A stretch of 64,000 nt of DNA from an uncultured virus (IMG/VR IMGVR_UViG_3300025896_000027) (Duplodnaviria > Heunggongvirae > Uroviricota > Caudoviricetes > Schitoviridae), in IMG/VR virus record IMGVR_UViG_3300025896_000027. One strand, 5' to 3'. The notes under the pieces were generated by a model. That model did not search any database. It was given only the letters and a program-made list of their open reading frames with translations, and was not told where the DNA came from. The position numbers and the translations under genes were made by a program. Below are positions 35,888 to 44,900 of the stretch, one piece after another. Every line of letters begins with the position of its first letter. The first letter of the stretch is position 1.

Positions 35888-35922
35888 AATAGAATGGTTG
35901 GAATCCCAGATGAAAGCATCCC

Positions 35923-38900
35923 ATGGCAGATTTTGACCTCGACAGCTATTTCGCCAAGCGTATTGGTTCAGTCCAACCTGAGCCAGTCAATTCCCTGATT
36001 CCCAATCCTGTGAATGAAATTCCACAGGTCGATAAGATCGCGGAATTGATGCGTGCATCAGCTCAAAAGCTGGATGGCTTGGAGAAGTACAAAGCCCGTG
36101 TCGCTGCCCAGGAAAAAGCCAATGAGGCTTCTCTGGTGGGTCAGTTGGGCCTGGATCCTGAAGGTACCGTGGGTACAGGTGTGAACCTCGTCGCTCGTGG
36201 CCTGGCTGGTGCTTCGAAGAATGTGATTGGACAGCTCCTGGCTGTGCCATCGAGCGTCAAAGCCTCCATTCATGAACTTGGCTTGGATGAGGAAGATCGT
36301 CAGGCCTACGTTCGCCATACTCAAGGTGTTGCTACTCCTGAGGACATGGCACGTCTGAGCTTCAAGGGGCAAGCCCGAGATGCCAGCACCAAGCTGGAGA
36401 TGTTCCAAAAGGCTGACCAGAGCACGGAGATCGCCAAGGACATTCGTGACACGTTCAACATCGACTACCTCACCCACAAAGCCAACACCGACCAGCTCAA
36501 TGCTGACCTGGGTGAAGGTTTCCAAGGGAACTGGGATCAAGTCAAGGAAGGCTGGAGCACTCTGACCGAAGGCAAGGGTACGTCCAAGGGTTTATCCGAG
36601 CTGGCTTCCGGTCTGGGTGGTTTGATCTACAAGGCAGGCGAAGCCGGGGCAACCAACCCTCTGGCCGTCACCGAGTACATCGCTGAGAACCTGCCTCAGA
36701 TGTTCATGGGCGGTGCTGGGAAGATGGGTGCTGCCCTTCTGATGGAAACCAATGCCGGTTACGCCTACGAAAACTACGAGAAGGGCATTGCCCAGTACCG
36801 GGAAAAGAACAACGGGGCTTTCCCTCCTGAGGCAGAACGTCAGAAGATGGCTGCATACGCTGCCTCTCTGGCCCTGGCCGAGCAGTTGGGGGATATCACA
36901 GCCATCAAGGGCATGTTCCCGGCCAAGGCTGTGAAGGGTGTTGCCGAGGCTGCTGATGCAGTGACCACTGGTTTCAAGAAGGGCTTGCTGAATACCCTCA
37001 ATGCGGGTGCCAAGTCCCTGGCCGTGGAGTCTGGTACCGAAGGCTGGCAGACCTTTGCCGAGGGCGAGGCAACGCTCAAGCCAGCAACCCCTGAAGAGAT
37101 CTACACGGGTGCTTCCATCGGCGGCCTCACGGGTGGCTCGATGTCAGGAGGTGCTCGTGGTGTGGCCGAGCTGCTGAAGGCTACTCCTGAGCATGCCAAG
37201 CTCAAGAACCTGGATGCTGACAAAGCCAAGGCTCTGGATGAAGCTATTGCCTCAGGTGATGTGACGGGCTACACCAATACCAAGTCTAAGGACTATGCTC
37301 CTGAGCGTGCGGTTGCTGCACTGTTCGGCAACAGTCAACTGGACACCACGACACCGGAAGCGAAGCAAGAGAATCTTGCTAAAGCGAGCAAGATCATTGC
37401 TGATCTGGAAGAACGTAAGACAGGAATGCAGACAAGCTTGGATGAGTTGTCTCCTACTGCTGTTGAAGGATACAAAGCTCAGCTTGAAGTGATCAAGGAG
37501 AAGCAGAAGCAAGTAGATCCTGCTAATACTCAAGAAGTAGCTGAGTTGTCCAGTACTGCTTCCTTCTATGAAGGACTGATCAAGGATGCAGGCTCTAAGT
37601 TGCCTAAGCAACTTGAAGCATCCATGTCCAAGCTGGACACTCAGTTGGAAGAGTCACGGACTAGCCTGGAACAGTTGAAGCTTTTGCTCCAACCCAAGGA
37701 TGTCGAAGTGGAAGCCCTGGTTCAGGAAATCCAAGAGGCACCAAGCAAAGACGCCCTGGCGGCTGGTTCGGCTCCGCGAGCCGAAGCAGCAGTGGGCGTC
37801 ATCAACCTGTCCATGCAGACCCCAGATCGATTGGATCCAACGACAGCTACCGAGCTGGCCGACAACCAAGAAAACGCTCTGACGGCCCCTCAGAGGGCCT
37901 ACCTGCGTGCCTTCTCTGCAGCCCGGATTGCCGAGAACATCCTGAAGGACATGGGTCAGGTTTCTCAGGAAATCTTCTCAGGCTCTCCTACAGGGAAGAA
38001 GGGTACCAAGTACGTCGGCATTGCCCAGTACCGGGCACGCATGGCAGAAGCCATGAGCACCCTTAATCGTGAAGCGGCTGATCGCTTCCTAGGTGGCCTG
38101 ACCAAGTTCATGTCTGATCATCAAGCCAAGCTTTCTGCGGCTGAGCAAGCATTGGCCAAGGGTCTTGGGAACCAGATCGTCAAGGCGAACGGTGAATGGA
38201 TTGTTAGTCCAGAACGTCTTTCGGACGCGAAGATCAAAGAAGGCGGGGGCTTGACCGTCAACTCTCCTGGCCTGGTGGCCAACATCCGTGCTGAGACGGA
38301 TGCCCTGGTCAAAGCACAGGCCGAGATGGCTGCTGCCTATGATTTGACGTTCAAGAAGGAACCTGAAAAATCGGTGGTACAGTCCGCTCCTGCTGAGAAA
38401 AAAGCAGAGCCTGTAAAAAATACATCTAGTGAAAAAATCCTAGAGGTAAAACCACGTCTACAGGAAGAACCTGTAGACTCTCCGCTGGAAGCTCCCCCCT
38501 CCAAGGTGGAAGAAGAAAAGACGGTAAAAGTTACCGAAAATCTTGCTATCGAGAAGGCACTGAGTCAAGTGAATCGTGCGTACCGCCGAATCACCCGTGA
38601 GAACCCACGTAGCCTATGGTCTGCCCTCAAGCACAGCCTCACAACCAGTGATTTGAATGAGATCTACGGTAGTGATTGGCGCAAGCGTTATACCTTGCTG
38701 AAAGGCAATCCAGGCAGGTCTTTGGTTGACGTTGTTGCGAATGGTTCATTGGACGAATTCCTACCACACGCGATGCGTGTTGGGATCAATCAAGACAATG
38801 AACAAGATGCAACAGAATTCATCAGAGAAAAATTGCGTAGCGGTAACTACCTTACCGAAGAGACGAATAACCTCTTGGCACAGGTATCCCTGACCATCCA

Positions 38901-41900
38901 AGAGTTGGAACAAGCCCTATCTATCGAGGACATTCAAGATGCCATCACAACCATCGAAGCCGAAATCACCGCCCAAGAAGCCAATTCTTCTAAAGAAGTT
39001 ACAACAACTCCCATTGAAAAATCAACTCAAAGTGCTGAAGAATCTTCTGGAAATCAAACTCAAGAAGTAGAGGCGGAAGCAGAAGAGTCTGTAGAAGCTA
39101 CAACACCGGTTGTGGAGTCTGGATCGCTTTCTGCACTCCAGAACAAGTCGCCTGAGGGCACGGCCTATCACTTGGCCAACCTACTTGGAACCTATTTCAA
39201 GCAAGCTCTCAATCGTGATGGCAACACCTCTGTACGTCCACTTGTTGCTGCCAAAGACTTCATCAGTTCCTTGGTCAACAAGACGACCACGGTGGGTGAA
39301 TTCCTGGCTGATAAGACACTGAATGATCAGCAGAAATCTGCTGTCCGTAGCTTCGTCAAGCATGCTCGTGAATGGCAAGCACGAATCAAAGCTAATCTGC
39401 CTGCCCTAGCTCCCCAGGAATATCGCCATCAGGACATGATGCAATTCCTGTTGGAAGAGCAGTCTGATGGGTCCGTAGACGTGGCTGAGAACGTCAAGAC
39501 GGCTATGGCTTATGCCGCCTATAGCTGGGCAGCAGAACAAGCCTCAGCCCCTCGTCGATTGACAGACAAAGCCATCAATGCAGTGCTCGGGCGCCAGAAA
39601 GGTACCCGTATTTCAGCCATGGCCTACAAGCTGCTGGGTACAGCAGGCACCTATCAACATAACGTGGTGGATTCTCTCGGTGGGAAAGTGTTGGATGCTC
39701 TTGGCTTGGAAGCCAATAAAGACACGCCACAGAACGTGATCGCTCAGTTGCGTGCTGCTCTGGGGGGACACACTTTGAAGCTGCTTGAAGATGAAGGCTT
39801 GGCCACCCGTACCACGATCAGTGGCTGGGACATTCAAGCTCTACGTGAAGAAGGCTTGTCTGAAAATCAAGTGGAGCGTTTACGAGCACAGTCTCAAGGT
39901 GTCAATCACCATCTCGCACATACGTTCTTCGCTGTTGCCCGTGATGGTAAAGGCAAGCTGATGGAGAAGGTTACGGCCATCTCTGAAGCCAATAAAGGTA
40001 CTAAGGCAGTTCTCAGCAAGTTGTTCCAAGTGGAATCTGGTCATAAAGTTCCTTCCTTGGAGCCAGTGACGCAGGTACAGAACACCACTTCAGGCACCAA
40101 CCAAGGTCTACCCACAGAGCTGAAAAAAATCCTTTTGGCGAACCAAGCACGCCCTCGTGTATTGCGTAAGGACAAGCTCGCTTTGTTTGATGGCTTCAAT
40201 GATGCAGATCGCAACGCCATGCTAGGCGTGGTTGAAATCGATGATGCAACTACCCACATCGTCAACCGCTCTGGTACCCAAGCCAAGAATGAAGGTTTGA
40301 TCCGCGAGTACGATCTCTTTATCGAGTTCGTTGGGGAATACCTTGCTACCAGTGACAAGGGCCTGGACACGCAGTTCTTTCTGGAATTTTCAGCCTGGAA
40401 GCAACAACGTGTTGGTATTGCCACCAATGTTGCCAATCCTCAAGCCAGCAAGATTGTTCGCTTTTTGATCGGCTCACCTGACTGGACAACCAAGATCGAG
40501 TCCACCAATGAAGAGCTAATGAATAGCTTCTGGCTTCGGGTTGCTGAAGGCTTGAGCATCAAGACAGAGCGAGCTGACAATGCTGTCTCTATTGAAGAGG
40601 TGCAAGCTCAATTGGAAGCATCTGTGTATGCCGATGCCATCCAAGCACTTCGCAAGAAGGTTGTCCGTAACGAGGCATTAACTACTGAAGAGCAATCGAG
40701 TATTGTGGCTGCTGTGGTTAAAGGCGGTGCGAACCTACATACCTTGGATGCGTTGATCGGGGTAGCCCGTCAACAAGAAGCCAAGGCAGGAAACGAAGGC
40801 AACTACACCTTCACCGTCGAGATGATGGGTGAAGTCGATGGTGTGGCCAACGGCACCATGCTGAACCATGTCCTCATGGGTGCTGGACCTTCGGTCGCTG
40901 ACCTGAACACGATGCTTAATCAAGGTGGCTTTTATCAGGAAGGCAGTGATCACACACAGTACAACCAATGGCGGGGTGCAGAAGGTAACCTGGACATCTA
41001 CGAATCTACTGGGCGTAAGGTCTTCAACGCAGTCAAACAATTCGTCGCTGAGTCCACTTCCGATGTAGGTCAGAAGGTCAATTCAATCTGGGCCATTGCA
41101 GGCAACATCTACGATGAAAGTACGGATAGCGTTACCAAGGATGGTCGTAATCTCGTTAAAGACGGGATGAATCCATTGGCTTTCGGATCCTCTCTGTCGA
41201 GTGTCATCAATGGCATGTCAGAGGGCTTCCTGAGCAGTGTTTATGGTGGCTTTGAGAAGCTGGCCAAGAACCCTGCCACAACTCAAGTTCAGGTCGATGC
41301 CTACGTGACCCACATCAATACCTTGGTAAAAGGTACGGGAGAGCTTTTGCCTGTTGGTCGTTCTTTGGCTTGGTACATGGGTAACTCCATGAAGCCATCC
41401 ACCGAGATAGCTCTCAAGACAGCTTTTGCAAGCACGGTAGGTAGCGTAACCAGTAATGTTTTGGGAGAAGAATTCTCCCTGTTCATCGCTCGTCGTAATG
41501 CATTGAACAAGACAGCTCAAGCAACCTTTGGTCTGTACGATGCGGTCTATCAAGGGATGCGTGAATCTCTCATTGAAGAGCTGATGGCTGAAGGTAAGTT
41601 GCCTGTGAATGCCAAAGGCAAACGTATTGGTGATTTGTCTAAAGCACAAGAAGCCGAGCTTGAGAAGCGCCTGCAAGGCTTGGCCCCGAACATCCGCACT
41701 GCCATGTCCATGAAAGACAGGGGCACCCGTACCGGCCTTAGGATGGCTAAAACTAAGCGGAAGCAAAACCAAGATCCCATTTACACCAACGTCACGAAAT
41801 ACGGTACGCCTCTTTCTACGGGAGATAAGTCAGCCAAGCTGAAGGGCCAGTCTACTCAGATGGAGAGCCCCGGTGTTGCCATGGGTTCGGCTACCACCCA

Positions 41901-44900
41901 CTCCCTGGACAGTGCAGTCTCTCACCGGACACAGGCTGCTCTGGATGTATTGAACATTCATGATGCTGTGGGTTCTGGTGTGGCTGGCTTGAAGGAAGCC
42001 GCCCGCTTGATGAATAAGAACACTTGGGAAGTGTTGAGGGACTATTCACCTCTTGGAGAGGTGTACACCTCATTGGCTTCGGTGGTTCAAGGCGTGGCTC
42101 AAATGATGGAAAACGGGGAGCTGTCTGTTCAGGCTACTCAACGAGTACAAGCCTTCCTAAACAAGCAGCGAGAAGCCTCCGAAGCCAGCAGCAATAAAGA
42201 AGCTCTAACGATTCTCTTGGAGAACGCTAAGTACATTGCCTATCAAGCTGACAGCATGAAGCTGGGCACCATGGCAACCTGGATCTCGGTTGACCAATAC
42301 GCTTACCAAGGTGGTAACTATGAGGTCACTGCTGCTGATCGTGAGGCGGTAGTCAAGAAAATGGAAGCCTTGTCACAGGACGTGTCAGCAGAGGTTCTTG
42401 ATGCCATCAAAACAATGGCTATCTTGGTTAAGAAGTCGCCTGAATCGGGGGTTGTAGTGACTCCGGAAGTATCCTCGGATATGACTGAATCTGTGGATAC
42501 GGTTGAGGATGAAAACACTCCTGATAACAGTGATACTTTGGATCCTGAACTCAAGGACATGGATGTCCTTGGCTTCCCTGCTGTGCAGGCGATGCAGCTC
42601 CTTGAGCATGCAAGCCAAGACACGACCCTCAGTGAGGATCTGCGGACACAGGTAGATGAAGTACTCATCCAGATGATGACGGCCAGCCAGAGCCTCAAGG
42701 AAGCTGTCTTGAAGGTACTCAAGCCTGCTGATGCTGCTGCCATGGTGCAACTGCTCAGCAAGCGATTCAGTGCCTTGCCTGCCAATCAATGGGGTGAGCA
42801 AGGCCAGTCAGCTATTCAGAGTGATACTGCCTTGGTGGAGTTCTTTGAGAGCAATGCGTATGTCACGGCAGATCGTGTCATTCAGATGCTGTATCAGACA
42901 ATCAGCAAAGGAGCGAACAACAACATCAAGGAATTCAACTTGAAGTTGTTGAAGGTTCTGTTCAAGACGGTGAACCCCAAGATGGTGATTCGCTATGTCA
43001 CTCCTGCCACTGAGCCAAGCATGGTTCTGGAAGGTGCTGACAAGTCACGCGGTTGGTATGTGAGCAAGGGTGGTAAGTCGGAGATCTATGTTCTGTCCCC
43101 TATCTATAAGCACTCAGGCTTGACCGTTGAAACGCTGATTCATGAGCTGGTCCACGCTGCTATTTCCCAGAGCATTGAGGCTGCTACGGGTGAGGCTAAG
43201 GAGTTGGTTGATGAATTGGGTACTCTGCTAGAGCGTGCCCGTGTCCATGTAAACCAAGCTGGTTTGAAAGGCTATGGGGCTGCCCTCGCCAACGTTCAAG
43301 AGCTGGTTGCATGGGGCATGAGCAACCTGGATTTCCAGAAGAACGTGCTCAATCAGATCACGGTGGAAACCAAGACCGGAAGCAACACCTTGGTATCTGG
43401 GATGAAGAAGTTCATCGATACGATGGTGGGCTTGCTGTTCCGTGGTTCCAAGAAGAGCGAGCAACAGGTTGCTTCCAATGGTATGTCAGTACTGATTGCC
43501 AATGTTTCAGGTTTGTTTGCTGAGGCTGCGAAGTCCAATACTGCTGTGGATATGGTCCTCAACCAAGAGAGCAGGTCTCCCTTGGATGATGTGATCAACT
43601 ACAGCACTACGGACATCTATACCGCATTGCGTCAAGCATCTGGGACTCCCCTGGATAGCTCGTTTGATGAACACCTCCGAGGTGTCCTGGGCAACATCGT
43701 TGCCAAGCTGCACGGTCCCTTTGATGACTTCAAGAAGCAAGTCATGAAGACCCAAGCTCTTGGCCCTATGGATATCTGGCTCAAGGCACTGGACACAGGC
43801 GTTGCACCCTTTGCTTCACAGGCATTGGCTTCTGGCTTCAAGATTCCTGCTCAAGTGGCGTTTGTCATGGAGCAAGTCGAGGTCACGATCAAGGCTGCTT
43901 TGGAGAACAACGAGGCATACACCAAGACGGCGTACAAGGAACTCTCTGATCTGTACACCGAGGTGTCTGCACGCCTGCAACCGAAGGACTTCCATGATGG
44001 TCCCTGGGCTACTGCAACGGCCAATGAGCAAGCCATTGCTACTGAGCTGTACAACTTCATCTTCAAGGTGGAGCAAACCAATGGTAAGAAGTCAGACTAC
44101 CTGGCTCGCTTTGCTGCACTGGGTCTGACGCATCCTCACCTCAATAAGCTGCTTCAAGTTCCTACTGCAGTGAAGGTAGCCGGTCCTGCTAAAACGTTCG
44201 CAGAACGTCTGCAGTCCTTGTTTGAAAAGGTGCTGGGTTTCTTCAGCAACAAGATCGCTCATACCTATGAGGGTCAGCCTGCTGATGAAAAACTGTTGAG
44301 CATGGTGGGTCAACTGGTGGATATCGAAGCCAAGCATCGCCAACAGATTGCCAGTCGTGCTGCTGAGTCCAACTACGTTGCTCCTGTCGAAGAAGCGGTC
44401 AAGGCTGCTGCTGAAGCTGTGCGTAGTAAGGTCGGGCAATTGGCCAGCAACCCCTTCTTGCGTAACCACAAGAGCGGGTATGTTCGCGGTGCTTCTGCTG
44501 TGGTGAGTACCTTGGCCAATGATCGGGTTGAGGCATTCATGGAAGGCCTTGCTCAGTTCCGTAACGAGAACTTCAAAGGCAAGTTGGGCATTGCTGCTGG
44601 CTTGCTCAATGATATGAAAGGCCCGGTTCAGGATTTCCTGAAGCTGCTTCTGGAATCCAAGTCCAACGAACGCACCCGCAAGAGCATCATCACCAACGCC
44701 GCCAAAGGGGCCTTGGCTGCATTTGTTGAGGGCGGCAAGGCCCTGACACCTAAAGCGAAGGCAAGCCTCTCTGCGGTCTTCCTACGCACAGGTGCCCATG
44801 CTCTGGTGGACCACTTCACCATGGCTGACCTGGAGCAACTGGTTTCGGATAAGGCACGTCGTACCAAGGAGATTCAGGATTGGGAAGCCAAGCTTGCTGG

